Source: Octopus sinensis (lineage: Eukaryota). From it: DNA of 64,000 bases. Location of the stretch: positions 27,466,001 to 27,530,000 of the forward strand of contig NC_043002.1 in assembly GCF_006345805.1 (NCBI RefSeq). Direction: 5' to 3'. Below are positions 51,961-64,000 of the stretch, in pieces. Position numbers and translations under genes: made by a program. Under the pieces are notes generated by a model. That model ran no database searches. It saw nothing but the letters and a program-made list of their open reading frames with translations, and was not told where the DNA came from. Every line of letters begins with the position of its first letter. Within the stretch, counting starts at the first letter, position 1.

Positions 51961-52993
51961 TACGAGATAATAAAAGAACTGAGATAAGAAAACTGGGCAA
52001 AAAAAATTAGAAATCAGAAGAAACAATGAAATAAATAGCGAGCAAAAAACTTAAATGGAAATAAAAGATAGGAAGAAATATTATAGACGCAATAGATTAA
52101 TACTTAAGCAAAAAAAAGGAAGTAATATTTAGCTGTCTTAGTGGTAATTTAGTTATAATATTCTCAAAACTTAATTGAAGTATCAAGGCTAGACAACAAA
52201 AAAAACAAGGAAAGTAATTATAGTATTTAGAAGATATCACTGAAAATCTCACATAGAAAGAGTATATTTACCCTTAATACAGGTTTGCCTTGTAGACATT
52301 TAGCTTTTTTGAAGAAAAGTTTGTGTTTATATTTAATTCAATATAGCTTCTACTGAAGAAATGGTAATAGGCACTAACATTATAGAAAATAGAACTAGAT
52401 ATGCCCCGAAGAAAAAAATAGAGTTATCGAGTAGACGAAAGAAACTTTTAAGACTGACAAACAGAATTTTAAATGATGATAAAAAAAAAGCTGAACGAAA
52501 CAAATATATAGTAACAACTTGACCAAAAGAATATTACACAGCATTATATAAAAACATACCAGCAAAAATAGCGCAAGTTTATACGATATTAACAAAGGCA
52601 CTGCTAACTTGTAATCATTATTTCAAGCTAACGATTTAGCTACTTATAAGTACACTCAAACCAAACAAACGTGACCAGATTTTGTTACAAAAGCGAAAAC
52701 CTATTACCATAATAGATTTATCAGAGACAGAAAATTACATAATTCCATTTCCGCATCCAAACCCGAGTACCTGAAAAGGCACGAAAGGAAGCCTAATTAA
52801 GGCGTCACATACTTGCCCTAGCTTAGTGCGAAAATTGATGAGATGATGACACAAGGGACAATAAGGGTGATGATTCTTCCTGCGCACCCTTATCTTTGCG
52901 GTAGAATATGGGTTGATTGTAAGAGCCGCACTAAGAGAAAATGATATTGTTATTATGATTATTATTATTAGTAGTAGTAGTAGTATTATTACT

Positions 52994-53083
<90 letters not shown>

Positions 53084-53084
53084 A

Positions 53085-53365
53085 GGGTGCATGGATTAGT
53101 TAGGGTGTTGCACTCTTGTTTTTGCGATCGAGATTTTAATTCCTAGACCGGGTGATGTTTTATGTTCTTGAGCAGAATAATTCATCTCACGTTGTTCTGC
53201 GTTCACGTCGACACCTGACGCGGGTTCACCGTGCACCTGTTCAGACAAAGTCGATTTGGAGAAAGTGAGCTAATGTGCGGTACGAACATTTGATCACTGT
53301 AGACAAATCATTTGTGCTATCGTTCAGCAAAAAGCTGAATGCTCATATGTCGTCATTGCTGGGAG
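53085..53365 (+). mobile_element. SINE family 5
   Basis: tRNA-like head followed by a body matching the reverse complement of 13250-13472. Confidence 0.6.
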
Positions 53366-53389
53366 TGTTTATCATTGTTATTATTATCA

Positions 53390-53955
53390 TGAAAAACCTT
53401 AGCTTTATTTTGCTGGATACCATGGAACGTGTCAGCTTAAGGTGAAACTTGTTTACTAATCATACTTCAAGAACCTTTACGGAAGATTCTTTAAGTTACA
53501 AGCAATGAGGATTTTTATAGATGTTCTATCTTTACACTCGTTCCCATCTTTTTGAACTACGTTAGTAGTTCTGTTCTGATACTTCCAAGTGCACTTAATC
53601 TCTATTTCTATCACGCCCACTCTCTTCATTGCCCACAACCTGCGTAATTCCCACCTCAACTCATCATAGCTATTCAGTTTTACTTTTTTTCTCTTCACTG
53701 CTATTGTCAATTATGAGGCATGTATTTTTTTTCGTTTCTGTTCATTACAGCAATGTCAGGTTTTTTATGTTTAATCTGATGGTCACACTGAATTATTGAA
53801 TCCCACAGGATTTTACAATGCTTATTCTCAGTAACTCACTCTGGGATTTAGCCATACTGTTTTTGATCTTTCTAGACGATAATTTCAACAAAGCTACCGG
53901 TGAATCATTCTTGCCACATTGTCATGACACCTTTTCCATTCACGTTATGCCAATT
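53390..53955 (-). mobile_element. RLE-type LINE 3' fragment, subfamily D
   Basis: ILWD and ..YDELRWELRRLWAMKRVGVI.. motifs. The 3' UTR is similar to 30382-30480. Confidence 0.75.
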
Positions 53956-54354
53956 TCGTGCATCCACCATCACACGCACACACACATACACTCACGCACG
54001 CACAAACGCGCGCGCGCAGGCATATGTATATATGAAATTGAAACAAACTATGCTGCGTTAGATAATATCTATCTTTTGAACAAGCTATCTCGGTATTGTT
54101 CCATAGAACATTCTCGTTTAACGAGATAAATGTTACCTCTCGGGATTAACATTCCCTTTGTCAACAATATATATAAAATTAGATATTAAGTTATTTTCAA
54201 AAGATTGTCGTTCATGTATCATCCATAAATTATATATATATATATATATGATTGCTTCATCATTACATAAATATATGACGCTTACTTCCTCTTCACAGAT
54301 GATAGTCGTACCATCAACACACACACACATCATACGCCGACACTCAGCACAATC

Positions 54355-54440
54355 ATTATGTTGATGGGGCCTCAGGTAACTCTTAAGACCAGCTGCTGAC
54401 TGGTAGGGCTTGAAACACAAGTGACAGATAGTATTCAAGT
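54355..54440 (-). mobile_element. Probable RTE LINE C-terminal C2H2-like finger remnant
   Basis: Minus: CHLCFKPYQSAAGLKSYLRPH (CxxC..S..GL.S[H>Y].R.H). It is isolated, with no tandem fingers or TGEKP linker. Confidence 0.45.
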
Positions 54441-54629
54441 TTCTTTGGAATCCGATTCCAGAGGATTGTATTTGCGAAGTAGCATATATCTTTTAAGTCT
54501 AGGTATAGTCATACAAATTTTGTAACATGTAAGACGAGATGTCAGAGGGGGTTTCGATTTTCATATAAACTTCATATGATTCACATATCCTGCTTCTGAT
54601 AACAGATCACTATCGCACATAATACACAC

Positions 54630-54706
<77 letters not shown>

Positions 54707-54818
54707 ATATAATATATATGCACATACATACATACATACATTCATACATGCATATATATATGTGTGTGTGTATTATATACATGTATATTATAACATATTT
54801 ATATATATATACACGCAT

Positions 54819-54880
<62 letters not shown>

Positions 54881-54932
54881 TTGCATTTTTGACACTCATC
54901 CATATTTCTTTTTCTTCGTTAAGGATATCCAA

Positions 54933-55140
54933 GAGTGACTGTGTGGTAAGTAGCTTGCTTACCACCCACATGTTTCTGAGCAAGTGTCTTTTACTATAGC
55001 CTCAGGCCAACCAAAGCCTTGTGAGGGGATTTGGTAGACGGTGACTGAAAGAAGCTAGTCGTATATATGTATGTGTGTGTTTGTGTGTCTGTCCCCACCA
55101 TCGCTTGACAAACGACGTCGGTGAGTTTACGTGGCTGACA
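54933..55140 (+). mobile_element. SINE family 4, internally deleted
   Basis: gtgtggtaagtagcttgcttacca..gagcaagtgtctt..ccaaagccttgtg..catcgcttgacaa. Confidence 0.8.
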
Positions 55141-56119
55141 TTTGTCTTGCAAGTAAGATGATTTACGACCATATACACCTTGCTGAACGCCTCGATAGAA
55201 AAGAAAATGAAGTCTTGAAGGTCAGTTAAAATCAGTTTAAAAAGGTGCAAAATTAATCTTGCAAAGAACGGAGACATCGCTGCACACTCTTCATTTAAGT
55301 CGGCTCACTTTTCAAGAAGTATTGGTTTTATAGGGGAGAGAGAGACGCTGCAAAATCAGGAGAGATATGAAAAGAGATGCATATGCCGAGGTAGGATTCG
55401 TCCGTCAAGAAACATTTACTGACCTTCTGCAACTGAAGGTGGACTTTAAGGATTGGGATATAAATTATCACTCTCCACAAATGTATGAAAAACAGCCAAC
55501 ATCGTATTTGATGGAGAACCAAAAGCATACTGGTGAAAATTGGCGTGACGAGGAAATTTAGCGCGTGGTTATGTCGCTCTGTTCCAAAAATGGAATTAGC
55601 CATTCGATTGATAGCTTTCTATAAAAGAAGCAGAATAAGTTCTAGAATCGATATAATCGACTGAAGAATTTATAGACATTGGACCAAAATAGCAATGGGC
55701 GAATAACTGACGTTAGTAAATGAACATATGTCGCTATAAGTCATACTTTATAACAGGAGTTCTACGTATAAACCACTTATAGCGAAAGTCTCATGAGAAA
55801 GTAAAGATGGTGGCCAATTATACAATAAAATAGCGTTCGCGATACTATCAAGAGAATCGATACGCAATCATCTGTTTTGTAAGGAATCTAATTTTTTATT
55901 TAAGTTTTCATTATCGTTCGCGTAATTTTTTCTTTTGGCAAAATCTTTCCAAAGCAAGTTTTCCTATCAGTCTGTCATCCAAAGTTGCCTATTTTGCTAG
56001 CATATTACTTTTTAATAGAGTTATACTTGTTTGGGAGATAACGTGACCCGAGATCATGTGTAGAAAATTTTATATATACATACATGCATAATACAAACAT
56101 ACATACATACATATATATA

Positions 56120-56184
<65 letters not shown>

Positions 56185-57543
56185 AAAGGTAGGCTGAGTT
56201 CTATTTCATCCTTCACTTTGGGGGGATCCAAAGTTAGATCTCTGATAAAGATTCGTCGTGTTAAATTGGTAGCCTATTATTGTAAGTATTTTTCGAATAT
56301 GAAAGTTACAAGTATAAGGTTTGTTATGAGCATTTATAGAAAACGTATCCTATACAAACTTTAAAGCTGGTGAAGAGAAAGTGTTAAACGTTTTATAAAA
56401 TTTTAATCCATGCATATGATCGTTTCAAACGGTAATATTAACGTGTAAGAAACATGGAAAAAATTATAATTATAATTACATATCGTTCTCCTCAATGCGA
56501 ATGAAGAATACATCAAAAAGAATACATCAAAAGAATATTATATTGTTACAGAAGACTAGATGGAGTGATTGTCATATAACATGTTCGGATATTCATACTA
56601 TGATTATGAAAGATTAGTTAGTGTTAAGTCTAGTTGTGTATGAACTATAACTGATGCGGCTAACGGATATTTGGAAATATAAGTGAAAAATGTTTAAGAA
56701 ACATTCTCTCTATATGATGATAAGTAATTAATTAAGTGATCTAAATTCCATATAAAGCATTTATGATAAGAAGAAATATATGTGTGTGAGTGAGTGAGTG
56801 GAAATACATAAGCGTCCAATGGGACAGCATAGCAAATTTAAATTTATATATGATTTGACAGTTATGAGTGGTGTACAATAAAAATAATGAAAATGAATTA
56901 TGTTGTATATTAAATAGAAATTGTTTTAAAAAATTTCTTGGAATAAGAAATACAAGTATTTAGTATAATTTTATATCAATTACTTGAATTTCAAAAGAGA
57001 AAAAAATTTGAGTTGTGAGAAAGTAATTATTAGGTTAATAAAATGGAGGAAAGATTTATTATTCGTTTGTGTGGAATAGGACTAAGAGGAAGGACTGAAA
57101 AAAGAAAGATAGTTGTTAATATTACAGAATCGCGAAAGAAAATATTTGCCATGGAAAACACGTACTGTGATAAAAGAGATTTTTTGAGAGGTTGAATAAG
57201 GTAACAATGTAGGGGAGATAAATTCGTAAGAAAGACTTTTCGAAGTAATACACGTTTCTATATTTTAATGTTATATATGTTAGTTATTAAAAAATTACAA
57301 TATAAACTGAGTGTCTAGTTATGGATAGAAGAGGCAGAAAACCGCAGTGAGATTTTTATAAATAATTTTCTCACTTATATAACGTAGTGGTGAAAGTGAA
57401 TGTACGAAAAAGTGTTGTTATTATTATGGAGTGATAGGTACGAAAAAGTAAAAATATGTATATATATTTTGTATATTGACGCACTTAAAGGGAACAGAAA
57501 CTACGAAATAAGATAAAAGGATATGTGCATATATGTATGTATG

Positions 57544-57616
<73 letters not shown>

Positions 57617-58097
57617 TTGTACATATACAGATATATACACGCATATGTACATTCATATAGCTATGTATAATAATACGTATAATATATATAATATATGACA
57701 TACACATATGTATAAAGTTTATTAGTTTTATAAGTAAAATATAGAATATAATGTATAATCTATTATATCAATCGGTGTAAATATAAAGTTGAAAAACGTT
57801 AGAAGTACTAATAATTATTATTATGATAGATAAATAAAAATAATATTAATATTAATGAAAAGAAAAAAGGGGGAAATACTATAAATCTATCTATATGCAT
57901 AACCAAAAAGATAAATAAACTATATCTTTGATTCTGCGCATTTTGTGGAAGTGATTGTTGTGCACTTAGAATTGCTGAAAGTATAATCGTATATCATCTG
58001 AAAGATTTTGGTTAATACAGGTAGATTTGTAAGAAACACAAAATAATTTTTAAAAATTTAGAAATAAATATTGGGATAGTTAAGAGAGGTAGTTTTT

Positions 58098-58138
<41 letters not shown>

Positions 58139-58309
58139 CACACACGCATACTGTACAAATATACTCAGAAAGAAGAAACGGAAACGCGAGTGAAAAGTAT
58201 AATACAAAAGATATATAATGGCAAAATAGTCACCGAAAAAGTATTAACAGGTGTTTGCATATATGAATAGTAAAAAGTAAAAAGTATCATACATATTGGC
58301 AATAGTTAA

Positions 58310-58578
<269 letters not shown>

Positions 58579-59049
58579 TAGAATAGGTGAGAAAAGTTTA
58601 AGTACATATTGTGAAAAAACAGATTACATACAAATAATGTATATTAAGTAATGGTCCTAAAATTGTCTAAAAATATATGAGAAAGAAAGGAAGATGAATG
58701 AATATTTGGTATAGGTTTGATATTAATAAAATGAGCTTCATACAATATATGGGGGAATGGTAGAATAACATATGAATATCCAAGTAGTGTGAGATAATTA
58801 AAGTAGAAAGTATTATAGAATAGAAATCATACATAGGCAGTAATAATGTAAACAGAGGTATTATACAAAAGACTAAATTATAAGAAGGAATAAGGTGAAA
58901 TTTGTTAAGGTAGGGGTGGAAAGATTATTTAAGACTAATAAAAAGGAATTTTGACATATGCCTGCAAGAAAAAACATTTTCATCTTCCGAATTTACAAGA
59001 AAACCGTTCATTTTCATTATTTTGTAACTTTCTCCTTGGCATAATTTGC

Positions 59050-59800
59050 AGATATTCTTATTATGTCTATTAGATGGAGCTGAAGAGAGTATTTTCCAAG
59101 AAATCGAATAATCTGTATTGTTTCTTTTCCTTTTTTGATAGAACTGTGATATTTTCTTTTCTAGGGCATTAAAGGATGATCTATGATTATTTTATCTTAA
59201 TTTGAATGTATTTTGTGTATATCCGATGTAAGTAAATTTAGAGAGGTTATGGGTAGCAATTGTTGCTTGGTATACATCTTTCATTTTACGGTTACCATCT
59301 ACCTCACAAGTATTCGGGTTTCTACAATTACAAGTAGAATTATTAGTTGGTACACTGTATTGTTATGTCGATATGTATTAGGAACAATTGAGGTTTGGTT
59401 ATTCTGATACTTGTTGTTATTAAATATGAAATTATTGGAGTTAGTATATGTATTAGAAGGAGTTTTTTTATTTACAAAATTGGTCTTGTTTCCTATTGTT
59501 AAATGAAGAGATGATCTGAAATAGGTTTGGAGATACTGAAAATCCAAATCTGATCATTTTGCTATTAAATATTTTTGCATATTTGGAGGTTTTAAAGTTG
59601 TTTTTTTTAAATAAAGTTCGTAATGGATTTAATAATATTAGATTTTAGATATTTTGCAAAAGGAATTATGATCCAAATGATGTTATTGCTGTTTTTCTTA
59701 TTTATCGTAGTGGTTTATATTTTGTGGGTCATCTAATCTTACATATGGTATAGGTTTCATTTTTTCTATATTATTCGTAACTTTATTAATATGATTTATG
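59050..59800 (-). mobile_element. Penelope-like element (PLE) C-terminal linker and GIY-YIG endonuclease relic
   Basis: Minus: ..KYAKIFNSKMIRFGFSVSPNLFQIISSFN.., then TCNCRNPNTCEVDGNRKMKDVYQATI..KFTYIGYTQNTFKLR*NNHRSSF. This matches the PLE pattern CNCR..C..G.C..vY.A....tYIG.T...FK.R..nH..SF. Confidence 0.8.
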
Positions 59801-60463
59801 CGGTTATGTGAATTATTAGAAGATCACACGCAAGATTGGTAATTTATGTATCAATCACAAAAGAAAGGATGGAATATTTGCCAAGACGACTCTTGAAATC
59901 AAGGAAATATGACGAAAAAACACTAAAAAAGATTTGTTTAGGACTCTATTATTTCGCCGCCGCGCGGGATATATTTTCGACTTAGTTGTAGTGTTGTTCC
60001 TACCTTCGTAATACAATATATAATGTATACTTGAAGTATATGTATTGCACGGAATTTAATATATTAGGTGCCCGCAAACACACAGACATTCACATACATA
60101 AATGCACATGAATATACACGTGCATTTACACGTGAATGTATATATGTAGCAAAGAATTTCTCTTGGCAAACACACGAATTCATACTTCAGTCCCATTGCG
60201 CCTCATTTCAGACAAGTGTTTCTGCTACAACTATAGCTACACACACACGCACGTGCACAAGCACACACACACATACACACACACGCACACACAAACATGC
60301 ACACACATACACGCACAAACCAACACACTCGCACCCACACACACACGAGACACACTTACACAAATACACACACAGATATGCACACACATACACAGGCACA
60401 CACACACGCTCACACCACACACCCATACACACCCATACACACACAGAAACATACAAACACCAA

Positions 60464-60607
60464 TACCTATTTCTTTATTGCCCACAAGGGGCTAAACATA
60501 GAGGGGACAAACAAGGACAGACAGACGGATTAAGTCGATTACATCGACCCCAATGCGTAACTAGTACTTAATTTATCGACAAAGTCGACCTCGGCGGAAT
60601 TTGGACA
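60464..60607 (-). mobile_element. SINE family 1 variant with a different 3' tail, internally deleted
   Basis: gtcgattacatcgacccc..atttatcgac|aaagtcgacctcggcggaattt, with tail ..tttagccccttgtgggcaataaagaaatagg. Confidence 0.65.
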
Positions 60608-61597
60608 CCAATAACAACGCGCGCGCACACACAAACACACATGCACAAATAAGCACATAAGTGCAAAACAAGGTGAGAAAATATCACTCGAATATCAAAA
60701 GGATAGGGCAAATTACTACTACATTAACGCCGTAAAGAAAACTTCAGAAATAGTTACTCATAGTTTCACAAGACTCTTCGTCGGACAGTTATGATAGAAC
60801 AGAGAAAGTTTTATCTGGCATGGGGAGGGAAGCGGGTGGGGGGAGCGCGTGTGTGTGTATGAATATACGTATATATGTATGTATGTACGTACCTATGTAT
60901 GAATGGATGGAGTGATTGATGGACGCATGTATGTATGGATATATACATACATACACACATATCTCCACAGCTGTTGCAATGAAGTTTTCAATTTTGATAA
61001 CGACTCTTATACTATAAACAATTTGCACAGTCATCACAACAATAGCAGCAAATTATGTCTAACCAGCTTTTTAGACACTCTCAATCGTCCACTCACGCAC
61101 ACACACACACACACACACAGACTTACAAGCGCACAATCACACGTACCTCTCACCCAACATACGCGCACACATCTACAACTAAATTCTACAGAAGGGAAGC
61201 TGCGACCGATAATTTTAATTTTGATTGACTACTTATCTAGTGTTTAACAGAGTGAAAAGTAAAATAACATTTACCTTAATCTCTTTCTCCCCACTCTCTC
61301 TCTCCCCATCTCTATCTATCTTTCTATCTATCTATCTATTTCTCTCTCTTTCTTCTTCTTCTTCTTCGTCTCTCCCTTTCTCTATTTACTTTCATTGTGT
61401 CACTATACATATTTCGCATCCTATCACACACTCTGTTAATTTTCTTATATCAAAGGAGGCCTAAACTATCTTGTTTCCACAACTAATTTTTTTGAATTTC
61501 TAAACTGCTTTCCTAATATCCGTTTAAATTAAAAGACGTATGTTCAAAGAGTAAAAACACGTGGCCACATATGTATACATACATACATACATACATG

Positions 61598-61665
<68 letters not shown>

Positions 61666-62429
61666 TATGTATATATGTATACAGAGAGACACACACACAC
61701 ACGTTTCTGTGTGTGTGTGCATGCACACCCTCGCACATATATGCACAGGATGAACAATATCCAATTTCGGTTGGTCAATATCTTCATGATAAAACAGTAC
61801 CCGACGTATTTGAAAGAAGAATATTTCATATTTTGTATTTCAGTAATTACTTGCCACTTGCGAGATATTTTATGAGAAAACTGCGCTTCCACACATAGAC
61901 ACGAACATGGACACATACACCCTCCCACACACATATATCTGCGCATGTATGTATGTGCGTATTTATATGTATATGTACATATATATGACAGCAATAATTT
62001 AAAAACATCGTGTTAATGAAGTTTTACAGGCTTTTTTCTTTTGCATGTATATTTTTCTCTTAATTGTCTTTGAAGAAAAATTACAGGTCGAAAATAATTT
62101 GAAAGCTGATAAGACTTAGAAACTGCATATAAGAAAATTTGATCAACAGACATTCATTAAAGAAATATGAAATTTTATAAATTACAAACAAAACAAACAG
62201 CAAAAGCAACAGCTTTGAAAGAAATCATTGGCTACTTTTGAGTCTTTTGCGAAACTAGAAATAGCAGTGGAACATTAATTACATTTAAATTCGTACACAC
62301 GCACACCTCGTTTACTGGATGGACGCATATATGGACGAACAGCCGGTAATTCGTACACGCACACACATCGTATAATGGTTTTAGCCAGGGTCTGAGACCA
62401 TGCTGAAGAGTCACCTTTCAGTGTGTTTG

Positions 62430-62945
62430 GGTTTCCTTTCTGTACAATTTCAGGTGAAGAAGCGCATTGGGCGGAGCTGCTCTTCTTCGTGCCTCCTGTC
62501 ACGATATGCGTAGATCTGGTATTTCGGATATAAATTTGTCCAGACGTTGTTTAAAGACCTCCACGACTACACATCATTAATATTTCAAGTTGTTTGGTAA
62601 GATATTGAACAGTCGTGGATCCTTGAAAGCCAAGCTGTTAAAGCACTGTGACCTTATTCTGGAAGGAGAAGAAGGGATCTTTGCTTCTATCCATTGCCGT
62701 CTAGTTTGGTCGTTGGTGTATCTTTAAATTCCATAGTTAAGAGTTTGACCTTGCAGGATCTTCCATATGTATAGTATTGCATATCTTTCAGGCTTTCTCT
62801 TTAGAGAGTAGTGCTTCAGTTCTTTTAACCTCCTCCAGTAGGTCATCTGTACCACCGAATTCTTTTTTGTGTAGTGGCAGTAGTTTGCCTTAAGTCCTAC
62901 GACCAGTTTGATACTCTGCGGTGACAACAGCACTACAGACGATTG
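62430..62945 (-). mobile_element. CR1-like LINE 3' coding end
   Basis: Minus: ..MTYWRRLKELKHYSLKRKPERYAILYIWKILQG..FNILP..FKQRLDKF..IPD, typical of the CR1 C-terminus. Confidence 0.75.
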
Positions 62946-63612
62946 AGAGCATGCATATACATGTCACACATACTTACATAAAAACATACACAAATACATG
63001 CATACATACATGCACAAATACCTACATACATACATACATACATACATACATACATACATACATACATACATACATACATACATACATCTAAGTACCTCTG
63101 ACTGTATATAGGTTAAACAGATATTGATTTCAATTTTTCCTGTAAGGAAAACTATTGCTCGCTGGAAGAAATCGATGTTAAATCACCTCTATTCTGTAAT
63201 GCACCAGGTAGCCCTTGTGTATTAAAATGTTCGAAAAGGTTACCATAATTTACCGTAATTCAGATTAAGATTGACAGTTCCATACATTCATCTGTCCTGT
63301 AATTCAATATCAATATTAATAAACGTCATTATAACAGTGTTCACTTTCTCTCATAAACTGATATGAATATGCTAGACTATCAAACATTTAGAGCATACTA
63401 TATCATTTATGTCAAATCAGTAGTCTAGAAATTCTAAATAATACGCAATTATTGGCCTAACGAGCCCATCTCTGACTTTCACAAGTTTGCAGCACATATT
63501 ACATTATATGTCTGCATGTTTAGTTGCTTGTGCGTACGAATGTGTGTGTGTGTGTATATATGAATGTATGCATACATATATATATATATGTATCTATCTA
63601 TCTCTCTCTCTC

Positions 63613-63646
<34 letters not shown>

Positions 63647-64000
63647 CACAAACGCCTGTCACACCCAGACACATACAAACACGCAGGCTTCAGCGTAGTA
63701 GATTCAATCTCATAACGTTTAGCTGATATGCCAACTTCGTAACCACGCACTCGTGGCACTGTTCATATGTGTATTTATGAGTGAATATGTATATAAATCT
63801 GAGATCGTGCGTGTACGCGAGTATGTCTGCCTGTATGCGTAATTTTACATAAACACCTATATATTTAGAATATTTGAATTAAATATGTATCCGTTCATAT
63901 CCTATAATTTGATGTCAATATTAATTCACCTCATTAACTCAATAGTTTCTTTCTCTCCATGTAATAAAATTATGTCAAATTATTTAATTATCATTAATTA

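Noticed and set aside
60755-60792. Hammerhead-like CCGACGAAGAG..GAAAC on the minus strand
   Set aside because: Stems I and II do not pair, so it is too decayed to call.

Overview
AT-rich, non-genic eukaryotic DNA packed with microsatellites ((TA)n, (CA)n, (TACA)n, (GATA)n, (TAA)n, (GAA)n) and transposon debris. The tRNA-headed SINE families and overall repeat make-up look like an octopod cephalopod, probably Octopus; this is recognised from memory, not from a search. I cannot support any host protein-coding gene. Most ORFs in the supplied track are microsatellite read-throughs or transposon fragments. Supported elements are: an RTE LINE relic; many fragments of RLE-type (R4/Dong-like) LINEs lying in (TAA)n tracts; CR1-like RT fragments; a near-complete mariner with TIRs and TA TSD; a fused cluster of three mariner fragments; two DD37D/maT-like fragments; a pogo transposase relic and a pogo-type MITE; two Helentron/Helitron-type non-autonomous elements; a Penelope-like (PLE) GIY-YIG relic; and about 20 SINE copies. 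The main hunt result is seven minimal type-I hammerhead-ribozyme motifs from five sequence families. Six of them sit in short (~200-250 bp) non-coding units at (TA)n tracts and one lies inside the RTE relic. One motif (15003-15050) has a canonical core. Together they suggest a family of PLE-derived, microsatellite-associated, ribozyme-bearing mini-elements. Boundaries of degenerate elements are approximate (tens of bp).
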